A DNA stretch of 64,000 bases from Candidatus Zhuqueibacterota bacterium. GTDB taxonomy: Bacteria > Zhuqueibacterota > Zhuqueibacteria > Thermofontimicrobiales > Thermofontimicrobiaceae. Made by a program: the position numbers and the translations under genes. This document shows, in pieces, positions 17,116-28,100 of this stretch. The first letter of the stretch is position 1. Each line of letters starts with the position of its first letter. Under the pieces are notes generated by a model. That model was not told the DNA's origin and did no database searches. It saw only the letters and a program-made list of their open reading frames with translations. The stretch lies in assembly GCA_049322915.1 (NCBI GenBank), contig JBMOPW010000034.1, positions 64,001-128,000 of the forward strand, given 5' to 3'.

Positions 17116-17625
17116 ATTAAGAAAAAAGAAATTCGCATCAATGATCAAATTAAAGCCCCTAAAGTGAGGGTAATTGGTGCTGATGGAAAACAAATCGGAG
17201 TTCTGAGTATTGAAGAGGCCAACAAGGCAGCGATGGAAGCTGGAATGGACCTCATAGAGATAGTTCCAAATTCAAATCCCCCTGTTTGTAAGGTTATTGA
17301 TTATGGTAAGTTTAAATACGAACTGAGTAAAAAAGAAAAAATTGTAAAAAAACGTCAGCATGTTATCCAGCTAAAAGAAATTCGGTTAAGCCCTAAAACT
17401 GAAGGGCACGATATAGAATTTAAAATCAAGCACGCACGTAAGTTTATTGAACAAGGCAACAAAGTCAAATTAAACATTTTATTCAAAGGACGGCAGATAA
17501 CCCATCAGGAATTCGGGCGGCAACTCATGGAGAGAATCATCCAGGAGTTAGACGATATCGCCAAGATCGAGAGCCCGCCCCATATAGAGGGAAGAAATAT
17601 GGTTGCTGTCATTATTAAGAAATGA
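17116..17625 (+). CDS. infC: Translation initiation factor IF-3 (ATT start)
   Basis: GGAGG RBS at 17105-17109, then an in-frame ATT at 17116 giving (M)[11 protein letters not shown]...[13 protein letters not shown]. Confidence 0.96.
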   Translation: MKKKEIRINDQIKAPKVRVIGADGKQIGVLSIEEANKAAMEAGMDLIEIVPNSNPPVCKVIDYGKFKYELSKKEKIVKKRQHVIQLKEIRLSPKTEGHDIEFKIKHARKFIEQGNKVKLNILFKGRQITHQEFGRQLMERIIQELDDIAKIESPPHIEGRNMVAVIIKK

Positions 17626-17647
17626 AATAATTTACGAGGAATACGTA

Positions 17648-17842
17648 ATGCCAAAAATGAAAAGTAAACGCGGAGCTGTCAAGCGTTTTCGAACAACGGG
17701 TTCCGGAAAAATTAAAAGATTCCATGCTTTTTCAAGCCATATTCTGACTAAAAAATCGAGAAAACGAAAACGAAATCTTCGTAAGCCAGGATTGATATCC
17801 AATTCAGAGGTCAGAAGAGTGAAACAATTGATTTTAGCTTAA
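17648..17842 (+). CDS. rpmI: 50S ribosomal protein L35
   Basis: [14 protein letters not shown]...HILTKK; synteny. Confidence 0.97.
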   Translation: MPKMKSKRGAVKRFRTTGSGKIKRFHAFSSHILTKKSRKRKRNLRKPGLISNSEVRRVKQLILA

Positions 17843-17856
17843 GATTTGGAGGGGCA

Positions 17857-18204
17857 ATGCCTAGATCAAAATATAGTGTTCCATCGAGAAATAAACGAAA
17901 GAAAATTCTGAAAGCCGCTAAGGGATATTATGGCGCAAAACATCGTCTCTTGTTATCTGCCAGAGAAGCGGTAGAGCGGGGACTTCTCTATTCTTATCGT
18001 GACAGAAGAAAAAGACCGGGACAGTTCCGGACATTGTGGATTACGCGGATTAATGCCGCTGTCAGAAATTATGGAATGTCCTATTCATCCTTTATGCACG
18101 CTTTAAAAAAGAACAACATTTTACTAGACAGAAAAGTCCTTGCCGACATGGCTGTGAACGATTCCAAAGGATTTGACAGTCTGGTCCAGAAAGTTATTTC
18201 ATAA
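17857..18204 (+). CDS. rplT: 50S ribosomal protein L20
   Basis: [34 protein letters not shown]. Confidence 0.97.
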   Translation: MPRSKYSVPSRNKRKKILKAAKGYYGAKHRLLLSAREAVERGLLYSYRDRRKRPGQFRTLWITRINAAVRNYGMSYSSFMHALKKNNILLDRKVLADMAVNDSKGFDSLVQKVIS

Positions 18205-18409
18205 CTAAACGTGGATTGTCTTCTTGAGTATGACTGGCAATCTAAATACGAAATATGTACGTACAATTCTGAATAATTTTCTGAAAATGTTTCTCCAAAT
18301 AAGTACAATTAAAGCAAGTATAAACGCTTTCATTTCCTTGCGTTTAATCGTTGCAAGCCAAGCACCCGGATGTTCTCTAATTTGATTTAGAAAAACTAAG
18401 TAAGAGTAT

Positions 18410-18706
18410 ATGATGTTCGGAGATCCTTCACCGGCCGATTATCCTGAAATCGAGAAATTGGAAGAGAAAGTAACCAGGCTCATCACGGTTGTTCAAAAAT
18501 TATATTCAGAAAATAAAGAAATAAAAAAGCGAAATGAGGATCTACTTCAACAAAGTCAAGAGCAGCAAACTCTTATAAATATGTTGAAAGAGCAATGCTA
18601 TAAGTTACAACATATTGAAGATAATACAAAAATTTACCAGGAACGGGAAGAGAATATCAGGAATAAAATTCAGCAAATGCTCAAGAAGCTCGAGAATTTG
18701 CAGTAA
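18410..18706 (+). CDS. Coiled-coil protein, ZapB-like
   Basis: Heptad-rich 98-aa protein directly upstream of zapA. Confidence 0.65.
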   Translation: MMFGDPSPADYPEIEKLEEKVTRLITVVQKLYSENKEIKKRNEDLLQQSQEQQTLINMLKEQCYKLQHIEDNTKIYQEREENIRNKIQQMLKKLENLQ

Positions 18707-18784
18707 CTAAAAAATTGAACTGAATCAAAGTGCGTTTACAATTAACAAAAACGGTTGTATGTTTTAATAAAATATAGACGCTAA

Positions 18785-19093
18785 ATGAGCGATGAGTACA
18801 ACATACTCAAGGTCAATATTTACGGTACAGATTACCCGATTAAAGGAAATACGGATATAGAATATATTAAAAAAGTGGCGCAGTACGTAGATAAAAAAAT
18901 GAGAGAAGTCAACAAAAACATCTCCATCGATTCATCATTGAAAGTCTCCATTCTGGCCGCTTTGAATATAACCGACGAACTATTCCGAGAACGTGAAGAG
19001 AATGAGAAGAATTTATCAATTTTAAAAATCAAAGAACGATTAAAAAAATTGAACAATGACCTGGATGAATGTTTAAAATATTTTAAAGAATAA
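18785..19093 (+). CDS. zapA: Cell division protein ZapA
   Basis: VNIYGTDY...VAQYVDKKM...ILAALNITDEL. Confidence 0.92.
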   Translation: MSDEYNILKVNIYGTDYPIKGNTDIEYIKKVAQYVDKKMREVNKNISIDSSLKVSILAALNITDELFREREENEKNLSILKIKERLKKLNNDLDECLKYFKE

Positions 19094-19113
19094 AACGCAT
19101 CACTCTTTGGCTG

Positions 19114-19229
19114 AACCCTGATTTTTGTATATTTGTGACGCACATTTTAAATTGTAAACATAATCGTAGCAAAACTATTTTTTTTTACTACGCTGGACGA
19201 TGTGCTACAAATAACTAAAAACCAGGGTT
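19114..19229 (+). ncRNA. ssrS: Probable 6S RNA (compact, AT-rich)
   Basis: Rod-like fold: AACCCTG/CAGGGTT, TATTTGT/ACAAATA, GCACAT/ATGTGC, an internal bubble, then CGTAG/CTACG. Located between zapA and rny, a conserved ssrS position. Confidence 0.55.
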
Positions 19230-19269
19230 TTTTGTTGACAATCAACTCACCCAAAAAATTGGAGGGGAG

Positions 19270-20829
19270 ATGGCAATATATTGGATTTTCGCCATTGTAG
19301 TAGTCGGCGTTTTGGCTTTTATCGGAGGCTGGCTCGCCAGCAAAAAGATTGGACAAACAAAAGTTGCCAACGCCGAAAAACTGGCGGAAAAGATAATCGA
19401 AGATGCAGAAAAAGTCGCTAAGACATTAAAGAAAGAAAAGCTTTTAGAAGTAAAAGATGAGTGGATCAAGTTAAAACAAAATTTTGAGAATGAGACAAAG
19501 TCACGACGCACTGAACTGTTGAAGATGGAAAAGCAGCTTGCAAATCGTGAAATTAATATGGATCGTAAAGTTGATCTATTGACCAACAAAGAAAAACACC
19601 TCAACCAATTGGAGAAAAATTTAAAGGATAAAGATTTTAAAATAGGTCGACTTGAAGCAGAGTTAGAGAAGACAATTTTAGAACAGAATGAAAAATTGGA
19701 GAAGATATCCGGCATCTCCAATGAGGAAGCCAAGCGAATTTTAATGGAGAATTTGATTGATAAGGCAAAACAAGAGGCAGCTCAAAAAATAAAGGAAATA
19801 AAAGATCAGGCAAGGCAAAACGCAACGCGCGAAGCGAAAGAAATCATCATTCAAGCTATTCAACGAACAGCAGCAGACCACTCAGTTGAAACAACGGTAT
19901 CTGTAGTCAATTTGCCAAATGATGAAATGAAAGGCAGAATCATCGGCCGTGAGGGAAGGAATATTCGTGCATTTGAGACGGCTACAGGCATTGAAGTAAT
20001 CGTCGATGATACGCCTGAAGCGGTTATCCTCTCTGGCTTTGATCCGTTTCGTCGGGAAATTGCCCGCGTGTCATTAGAAAAATTGATTACCGATGGTAGA
20101 ATTCATCCGGCGCGTATCGAAGAAGTTGTCGATAAAAGCCGGAAGGAATTGGAAGAAAAGATCATCGAAATTGGTGAACAGGCTCTGCTTGAAACCGGCG
20201 TCGGAAATATGCATATTGAACTGATCAAGCTGTTGGGTAAGCTCAATTATCGAACAAGTTATGGTCAAAATGTACTGCAACATTCAAAAGAAGTTTCCTG
20301 GTTAGCCGGCCTGATGGCTGCTGATCTGGGACTCGATGCAAATTTAGCAAAACGAGCTGCGCTGCTCCACGATATTGGTAAAGCTATCGATAAAACAACT
20401 GAAGGGACGCATACAGAAATTGGTACGGAGATTGCTAAAAAATACAAAGAGCATCCCATTGTAATTAATTCAATTGCCAGTCACCATGAGGATGTGGAAC
20501 CTATTTCGCCCATCAGCGTACTTGTACAGGCTGCCGATGCAATCTCCGGATCACGACCCGGCGCGCGACGCGAGACCCTGGAAGGGTATATCAAACGGTT
20601 AGAAAAATTGGAGCAATTGGCCGAATCATTCAATGGTGTTGTGAAAACCTATGCTATACAAGCCGGTCGCGAAGTTCGAGTCATGGTGGAATATGAGCAA
20701 GTCGATGACGCCATGGCCGATCAATTGGCTTCTGATATTGCACAAAAAATCCAGGACGAAATGGAATATCCCGGTCAAATAAAAGTCACAGTCATTCGAG
20801 AATACAGATCGATAGGCTATGCGAAATAA
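19270..20829 (+). CDS. rny: Ribonuclease Y
   Basis: N-terminal TM, coiled coil, KH (MKGRIIGREGRNI), HD (LLHDIGK). Confidence 0.97.
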   Translation: MAIYWIFAIVVVGVLAFIGGWLASKKIGQTKVANAEKLAEKIIEDAEKVAKTLKKEKLLEVKDEWIKLKQNFENETKSRRTELLKMEKQLANREINMDRKVDLLTNKEKHLNQLEKNLKDKDFKIGRLEAELEKTILEQNEKLEKISGISNEEAKRILMENLIDKAKQEAAQKIKEIKDQARQNATREAKEIIIQAIQRTAADHSVETTVSVVNLPNDEMKGRIIGREGRNIRAFETATGIEVIVDDTPEAVILSGFDPFRREIARVSLEKLITDGRIHPARIEEVVDKSRKELEEKIIEIGEQALLETGVGNMHIELIKLLGKLNYRTSYGQNVLQHSKEVSWLAGLMAADLGLDANLAKRAALLHDIGKAIDKTTEGTHTEIGTEIAKKYKEHPIVINSIASHHEDVEPISPISVLVQAADAISGSRPGARRETLEGYIKRLEKLEQLAESFNGVVKTYAIQAGREVRVMVEYEQVDDAMADQLASDIAQKIQDEMEYPGQIKVTVIREYRSIGYAK

Positions 20830-20865
20830 AGTCTTCGTATTTGATATTTGTTCACCATTAATCCT

Positions 20866-21672
20866 ATGGATGATAATTTGAGTCATGCTAAAATAAACGT
20901 GCTTTTCATCGCAGATATCATCGGCAAGCCGGGACTTAAAATCGTTCAACAATCGGTCAATAATCTGATTGATAGGTATCGAATTGATTTTTGTATTGCT
21001 AATGGTGAAAACGGTGCCGCAGGGAAGGGATTAACTGAGGACATCGCGCAGGAATATTTTAAAAATGGCGTCCATGTGATTACGAGTGGCAATCATATTT
21101 TTGAAAAATTCGAAGCGCACAAATTGTTGAATACGAGTAACAGAGTGATTCGGCCACTCAATTATCCCAAAGGAGTGATCGGAAAAGGCTCTGTTATTTA
21201 TAAAATTTTTGATGATGTTCAGATTGCAGTGATAAATATTCAGGGACGGACTTTCATGTTTCCGATTGATTGTCCGTTCAACACGGTTAACGAAGAAATA
21301 AAAAAAGTCAGGATGGTCACTCCAATTATCATTGTTGATTTTCACGCAGAAGCCACTGCTGAAAAAATGGCAATGGGTTGGTATTTGGATGGAAAAGTGA
21401 GTGCGGTTATTGGAACGCATACTCATGTTCAAACTGCAGATGAAACGATTTTAGATCATGGCACTGCTTATATCACGGATGTCGGCATGACCGGTCCGTT
21501 TGATTCCGTTATTGGCATGAAAAAAGAGGTTGCGTTAAAACGTTTCATGCATCAAATTCCGGTGCGCTATCAACCAGCCGATTCGAAATTACGGTTCAAT
21601 GGTGTTATTATTCGTATTGATACAGAATCCGGTACGGCTGAAAAAATCGAACGATTGGTTTTTTCATTATAA
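20866..21672 (+). CDS. ymdB: YmdB-family metallophosphoesterase (start uncertain)
   Basis: NGENGAAG, TSGNH, DFHAEATAEK, GTHTHV, TDVGMTG; follows rny. Confidence 0.93.
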   Translation: MDDNLSHAKINVLFIADIIGKPGLKIVQQSVNNLIDRYRIDFCIANGENGAAGKGLTEDIAQEYFKNGVHVITSGNHIFEKFEAHKLLNTSNRVIRPLNYPKGVIGKGSVIYKIFDDVQIAVINIQGRTFMFPIDCPFNTVNEEIKKVRMVTPIIIVDFHAEATAEKMAMGWYLDGKVSAVIGTHTHVQTADETILDHGTAYITDVGMTGPFDSVIGMKKEVALKRFMHQIPVRYQPADSKLRFNGVIIRIDTESGTAEKIERLVFSL

Positions 21673-21691
21673 TTGGAAGAGGATGCCAGGA

Positions 21692-22579
21692 ATGTCCGCT
21701 CAAATTATCGATGGTAAGTTAATCGCTCAGGATATAAAAAATGAGTTGAGTGTTGAAGTTGAATTACTTGCCCAGAAAGGAGTTCAGCCTGGTCTTGCAA
21801 CGATTCTGGTTGGGGAAGATCCCGCTTCAGCGACATATGTAAGAATGAAAGAGAAAATGTGCGGTGATCTTGGAATGCTCACCAAAAGTTTTAAATTAGC
21901 GAAGGAAACTGGAGAAAAGGAGCTTCTTCAAATAATTCAAAAATTAGCTGATGATTCAACTGTTCATGGTATCTTAGTTCAACTCCCTCTGCCCAAACAC
22001 ATTGATGAACGAAAGATTATTCGTGCAATTCCGGTGAGTAAGGATGTTGATGGATTACATCCACTGAATTGGGGCAGGATGATGCTTGGAGAGGATACTT
22101 TTTTACCCTGTACACCAGCCGGCATTCAGGAATTATTACTCCGAAGTGGTAACAATCCGGAGCGGCACCATGTGGTTATCGTAGGCAGAAGCCAGATAGT
22201 TGGCTTGCCACTTGCAAATATATTGGTTCAAAAATCTCATGGCGCCAATGCCACTGTCACTATGTGCCACACAGGAACCAGGAGTTTGAAAGAAATTACA
22301 ACCACGGCAGACATCCTGATTGCTGCTATGGGGAAAGCTGAAGCGATTACGGCTGATATGGTCAGTGAAAAGTCAGTCGTGATTGATGTTGGTGTGAATA
22401 GGGTGGAAGCTCCAAATACTCAAAAGGGGTATATTCTGGTTGGGGATGTGAAATTCGAAGAGGTTGCCGCCAAGGTGAAGGCTATCTCGCCAGTGCCTGG
22501 TGGCGTTGGTCCAATGACAATAATTATGTTAATGAAGAATACAGTCAAATCTGCGAAAGCATTTAGCAATTCGTTATAA
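21692..22579 (+). CDS. folD: Methylenetetrahydrofolate dehydrogenase/cyclohydrolase
   Basis: YVRMK, VQLPLP, KDVDG, PCTPAG, PVPGGVGPMT. Confidence 0.97.
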   Translation: MSAQIIDGKLIAQDIKNELSVEVELLAQKGVQPGLATILVGEDPASATYVRMKEKMCGDLGMLTKSFKLAKETGEKELLQIIQKLADDSTVHGILVQLPLPKHIDERKIIRAIPVSKDVDGLHPLNWGRMMLGEDTFLPCTPAGIQELLLRSGNNPERHHVVIVGRSQIVGLPLANILVQKSHGANATVTMCHTGTRSLKEITTTADILIAAMGKAEAITADMVSEKSVVIDVGVNRVEAPNTQKGYILVGDVKFEEVAAKVKAISPVPGGVGPMTIIMLMKNTVKSAKAFSNSL

Positions 22580-22583
22580 ATGT

Positions 22584-22657
<74 letters not shown>

Positions 22658-22773
22658 CTAACTTTTAAATTTTAATATTGTAATAATGTTGAAAATGTTC
22701 CTTTTTCGTCCCACTTGGTGTCCCAAAGATATTTTAAAGACGAGTATTTCTGTTAAAAGGTACCATAAGTTCC

Positions 22774-24156
22774 ATGCAGGAAAAGAAGATTCAAAAAACT
22801 GTAAATGCAACCATTGATCTCAGCGATATTGATTTTGATGAAGTGTCGATAGCAAAAATTGCACATCCGTTGGATGCAGAAACGAAAAAGTTTCTTTTAA
22901 AAAAAATATTGGGACTGGCTGATAGTTTTCAGGGCGCAATCGATTTATTCATTCAAGATCAAAGAGTCCATTTCCAATGGAACATGAATCATATAAATAT
23001 TCAGGCCGAAAATTTACATCGACACGCGATTCAGTTCGCTCGTAAAGGTGAATTAAATACGGCTCTTCAAAAATGGGAAGAGGCGACAAAAATCAATCCT
23101 TCTGATCCAGATTATTTTTTCAACTTGGGTGTTGTTTATTTTGAATTTAAAAAATATATAGAATCCATTGATTCGCTCACCAGAACCCTCGCTATTTGCC
23201 CCATCTATCATAAAGCGCATCTCATTTTAGGTACCGCTTATCTTAAAATCAGAAAATTCGAGAACGCAAAAAAGCACATTGAAAAGAGCTTGAAATTTAA
23301 TAAAAATAATTTAATGGCTTTATTGAATCTTGGTGCAGTTTATAGCATTTTAAAAGATTATAGAAATGGAATCATGATGTTCGAGATGGCAATTGAGAAG
23401 TCACCGGGAGAAGCAAGCGCCTATATGGGATTGGCGAAAATTTATTCGACGTTGGAGGATTCAGAGAAATCAAATTATTACTTCAAGAAAGTTATTGAGT
23501 TTGATAAAAAAGGAAACCTGGCAAACTACGCTAAAAGATCGATTATCACTCCTCAGATAAATCGACCAGACGATGATTCTGTCGAGTTGAGTTCTGAAAA
23601 TCCGGAAGATTATTATTCAGAAGGGTATAGAAACTATATTATTGCCGATTTCGATAAATCTGAAAAGCTATACAAAAAATATCTTACGCTCAAACCAGAC
23701 GATGATTATGTCTGGTATGCATTGGGAGAAGTTCAGTTGAGATTTGGAAAAGCTGAGTTGGCTGCTGAGTCGTTCAGAAAGGCAATAAAATTTTCACCTT
23801 CGAAAGGACTTTACTTCAAAGAATTAGCCATTGTATTTGATAAAGCTGAAAAATATGATAAGGTGATTGCCGCAATTGAGAAAGCAAAAGAATTGGGAAA
23901 AACGGATAGCATCACACTTTGCTTACATGGGAAAGCTTTGTATAAGACTAATAGGATTAATGAAGCTATACCTGTTTTAGAAGAGGCACTTCAGAAAAAT
24001 AAAAACAATCTATTGGCGAAATACTATTTATCAAAATCTCTTTTGAAAAACGAAGACATGGATGATGCTGCATGGTATTTGGAAGAAATATTGAATGCTC
24101 CCATGAATTCTCCGTTGAAACAGAAATCTGAATCACTACTTAAAGGTTTCAAATAA
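22774..24156 (+). CDS. Tetratricopeptide repeat protein
   Basis: Multiple TPR units (YFFNLGVVY, HLILGTAY, WYALGEV). Confidence 0.85.
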   Translation: MQEKKIQKTVNATIDLSDIDFDEVSIAKIAHPLDAETKKFLLKKILGLADSFQGAIDLFIQDQRVHFQWNMNHINIQAENLHRHAIQFARKGELNTALQKWEEATKINPSDPDYFFNLGVVYFEFKKYIESIDSLTRTLAICPIYHKAHLILGTAYLKIRKFENAKKHIEKSLKFNKNNLMALLNLGAVYSILKDYRNGIMMFEMAIEKSPGEASAYMGLAKIYSTLEDSEKSNYYFKKVIEFDKKGNLANYAKRSIITPQINRPDDDSVELSSENPEDYYSEGYRNYIIADFDKSEKLYKKYLTLKPDDDYVWYALGEVQLRFGKAELAAESFRKAIKFSPSKGLYFKELAIVFDKAEKYDKVIAAIEKAKELGKTDSITLCLHGKALYKTNRINEAIPVLEEALQKNKNNLLAKYYLSKSLLKNEDMDDAAWYLEEILNAPMNSPLKQKSESLLKGFK

Positions 24157-24170
24157 TTTATTCTTGTTCG

Positions 24171-24198
24171 TTGACTTATAATATATATTATGTAAACA
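24171..24198 (+). other. dif-like XerCD recombination site (probable chromosome terminus)
   Basis: TTGACTTATAA-TATATA-TTATGTAAACA has the 11-6-11 layout. The core and right arm match the Bacillus-type dif (TATATA-TTATGTAAACT) at all but one base. It sits between convergent gene blocks. Confidence 0.8.
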
Positions 24199-24200
24199 AT

Positions 24201-25109
24201 CTACTCAATTTGAAGAGAAAAATCAAACACATGAGCCGAGTGTGTTATTTCACCAATGGAAATAAAATCCACGCCAGTATGATAGTAATCTAATAAATTG
24301 ACTGCATTGACTCCTCCAGATATTTCAACCTCACATTTTCTGTTTATTAGAATGACTGCCTGAGTTATCATTTCTAAAGGCATATTATCCAGCATAATTC
24401 GATCGACATTTACAGATAACGCCTCTTTTACGTCCTCCAAAGTTACCGTCTCAACTTCAATTTTCATATTAAGATGATGCTTCTTATTATAATTTTGGCA
24501 AGATTGAACCGCCTTTGTAATTCCACCAGCAGCAGCGATATGATTATCTTTGATGAGCATCATATCAAATAAACCAATGCGATGATTGAAGCCGCCACCT
24601 AATTTCACAGCATATTTGTCAAGATAGCGCCAGCCTGGACATGTTTTTCGCGTGTCTAATATTTTGATATTTGAACCCTCTAATTTTGAAACGTAGTGAT
24701 TCGTCATTGTGGATATTCCGCTTACTCGGGATAATAAATTTAGCGCAGTTCTTTCAGCAGTTAAAATACTCTCAGCATATCCATGAAGCGAAATCGCTGT
24801 ATCTCCTTTATTTATGTGGCTTCCTTCCTGGCTTTCAATTTTCACTTGAAGCGCTTCATCAACTACTTTAAAGGCCATATCAGCGACAAAGCCACCTGAA
24901 AAAATGCCATTTTGTTTTGCAATAATCCTGGCTGAACAATTCTCATTTTTGACATGCGTAGCTTTTGTAGTAACGTCCCCAAGTTTATCCAGATCCTCAC
25001 CTAAAGAGATATCAATCAGTCGATTGATTTCTTTGTAAAGATTCTCAATAAAATAGTCCTCAAATAATGATTTATCAATGAATTTTCTAAATTCGCTGAA
25101 GGTAATCAT
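24201..25109 (-). CDS. nadC: Quinolinate phosphoribosyltransferase
   Basis: AERTALN, DTRKT, NHRIGL, LIKDNH, IMLDN, EISGG. Confidence 0.96.
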   Translation of the reverse strand: MITFSEFRKFIDKSLFEDYFIENLYKEINRLIDISLGEDLDKLGDVTTKATHVKNENCSARIIAKQNGIFSGGFVADMAFKVVDEALQVKIESQEGSHINKGDTAISLHGYAESILTAERTALNLLSRVSGISTMTNHYVSKLEGSNIKILDTRKTCPGWRYLDKYAVKLGGGFNHRIGLFDMMLIKDNHIAAAGGITKAVQSCQNYNKKHHLNMKIEVETVTLEDVKEALSVNVDRIMLDNMPLEMITQAVILINRKCEVEISGGVNAVNLLDYYHTGVDFISIGEITHSAHVFDFSLQIE

Positions 25110-25118
25110 CTACTTCCC

Positions 25119-28100
25119 TTAATTTTTATTGACTAACAATCGATCAATTTCCTGTATTTTCTCAAGCGCTGGTTTTCCGAATACACTTTCAGCGCCCTGT
25201 TCCTGGACAATCTTTTCAAAAAGTTGTCTGCCATTTTCTGGTTGTGACAATTTCAAGTACGCTAATCCTGCTTTATACTGCGCTGTCACTCGATATTGAG
25301 GTAATAATTTTGTTGGTCTTGAAAGATAAACGATTTTTAGATATTCACTTATCGCTTTTAAATACTGTCCTTTTTCAAAATAGCATTCCCCTATCCAGAA
25401 TTGAATTCTTGGCTCATTCTCTAAATCAGCTTCAAGTTTTAAATTTTGAAATAGTTGAATGGCCTGATCGAACTCATTTATCTCGGAAAGAATGATTCCC
25501 ATTCTGACTTTTTTTTCAAAGACATCATCAGCCTCTGGATAGAGGTTGATGTAGCGGCGAATGAGAACAATCGCCTGGTCTCGCAGGCCCAAGTCTGTAT
25601 AACATTTGATGAGATTGTGCATCCCTAATTTTAAAGTGCTATCATCAATTTTTGGAAAATCAACAACCGTACGATACGCTAACATTGCATTCTCAACTTG
25701 ACGCGCCTGAAAGTAATAAAAATTCCCAAGTGTGATATAAACGTTAGGAAGAATGGGATCATTAGGATATTTGCTCATCATTTTTGTTAAAATTTCCAGC
25801 GCCTCATGGTCTTTATTCAATATGAAGTACAACTTACCTAATAAGTATTCCGCTTTTGCTCCATTCTCTAATGTTTTATATTTCGATCTCACGTTTTTAA
25901 AAATTTCCTCTGCCTGATCGAATATCTTGTTTGTTAAAAAGTAGTCCCCTTTTTCTAATTCTATATCCGATAATAAATTTTCTTCATCCTTGTAATTGCT
26001 CCGAAAAGTTTTAAAAAGCTGATCTCCAACCTGAATTTGTCCTAACCGATAATGACAAATTATAAGTTGTGCAGAAATTATTGCCTGTTTTTCTTTGCCA
26101 TTTGCATGTAACGATTGCTCTTTTTCATAATATCCAATCGCTTGTTCATATTTTCCTGCTTCAAAATACAAGTCCGCTATATTGTGAGCAGCAGCAGGCA
26201 TCAGATGACTCTGCGGAAAATTTTTTTCCAGTCGCAATAAATAATCGATCGCCTTATCTCTTTCCTGGGCTCTGAGTGTTGAATAAGTAGTGGCCAACGA
26301 GTACAGCACTTCATCGGCGAATTGGCCGTTTGGAAAGTGATGTAGATACTGTTGAAGATAATCCCGCGCTAGATCTTTCTTTTCGAGATTTATATAGCAT
26401 TCAGCAATTTCGACCATGGAATTCTGGAAGAGCGAATTGTTCTTCAGGGTATCATCTCCAATATTTTCTGGCTTTAGAAATTTTAAATAAATACTATTAA
26501 AATATTCTAATGCCTCTGAGTATTTTTTTTCAGTTTGGAGAAGCGCCCCTATTTTTAATCGGGCGCTATCCGCATAGCTGCTGTAAAAATGCCGACTTAA
26601 TATTTCTTCTAAAACACGCCTGGACTCAGCTAAGTCGCCTTTCTTTTCATGAATTTTTGCCAACTCAAAACGTACTTCACAAATTCTATGCGAACCCGGA
26701 TAAGTCGAGATAAATGATTCCAATTTTTTTTCAGCGGTTGAACTATTTCCCATTTGTAAAAACATCATAGCCTGACTAAATGCAGCATCGTCTTTCAATG
26801 AACTATTCGTTGAATTTATCAGAACACTTTCAAAGTAATTGTAGATTTCCATGCTATCAACCGATGATTTAAGTCCATCATGCAATAGCAAATTCCCCAA
26901 TTCGAAATTAATTTCTTCTCGGAAAGCGCTTTCTGGAAAATCCTGCAAGTACGAACGAAGCATTAACTTTTTATTTTGAGAATACAAGCTATCTTTGAAA
27001 TGCGCTGTTGTTTCAAAAATTTCAATTAAATGATATCGCGCTTTCACATTCCAGGAACTGGCGCTGTAACTTTCGGCCAAAAAATTAAATTTTGTCCTTG
27101 CACTGTCTAAATATTGCTCGTTATTTTCTATGTCTTTTAAACCAAATAGCTGATAAGAGCGAGCCCAGTAGTAATGCAATTCCTCCTGATTTAACTTTCG
27201 TGTTGAATCCAATGAATTGCATTCACTGAAAAGACGAATGCAAGTTTTATAGTCTTTGAATTGACTATAATTCATTACAGCTAATTGAAAGAGAAATTCC
27301 GGGTTTTTATTATTAGGAAGCGCAGCGAGCAAATCGCTGAATGCCTTTGTTGTTTCGCCATTGGTGGGAATGAAGTCCGAGATGTATTCGATTCGGCTGA
27401 TTGCCATATTCCATAAATCACTTGCCGGATACAATTGAAGAAACGTTCGGTAATCATTGAGCGCCTGAGAGTAATGCCCATTCTTCTCATGGCATCGTGC
27501 AATGGCATACCGTGCGTCATCGACAAAGACGCTCATCGGATAGAGATCAATGAAATCATAATAAATTCTAATGGCCCGCTCGATATCATTGAGCTTGGTT
27601 TCATAGAGATAGCCAATTTTAAATTCAAATTCATCGACACCGCGTTTACCTTTGTACATTTCAACATAGTTTTTCAGATACGATGCCGCCGATTGCGGCT
27701 GATTGATTTTCAGGAAATCATTGGAGATTCTCAAATAAGCCTGGGCGTGGAGCGAGTGCGACTCTGAGTCAACCTGAGCATAGTAATTATCAAAAACCTT
27801 TAAATAGGAATCGATCGCTTTGGAATAATCATTGAGATAATTATAATTTACGCCCATTTTGAAGTAGATCTTCAGTCGATTGAGCGTGTCGGATTTAGCG
27901 ACCATTTCATTATAAAGATTAATCGCTTCAGTATAATTCGTGAGCATTGTATAATTCTCTGCGCTGAGCATCATGCCCTTCAGGTCGTCTTTGAATTGAG
28001 ATATCTTATGCAGGTTCTCATTGGATTTACCATAGAGACCCTTTCGATGGAGTATTTCACCCATTTTTAAATAGGCGTGACTCAATGTATTTGAATATTT

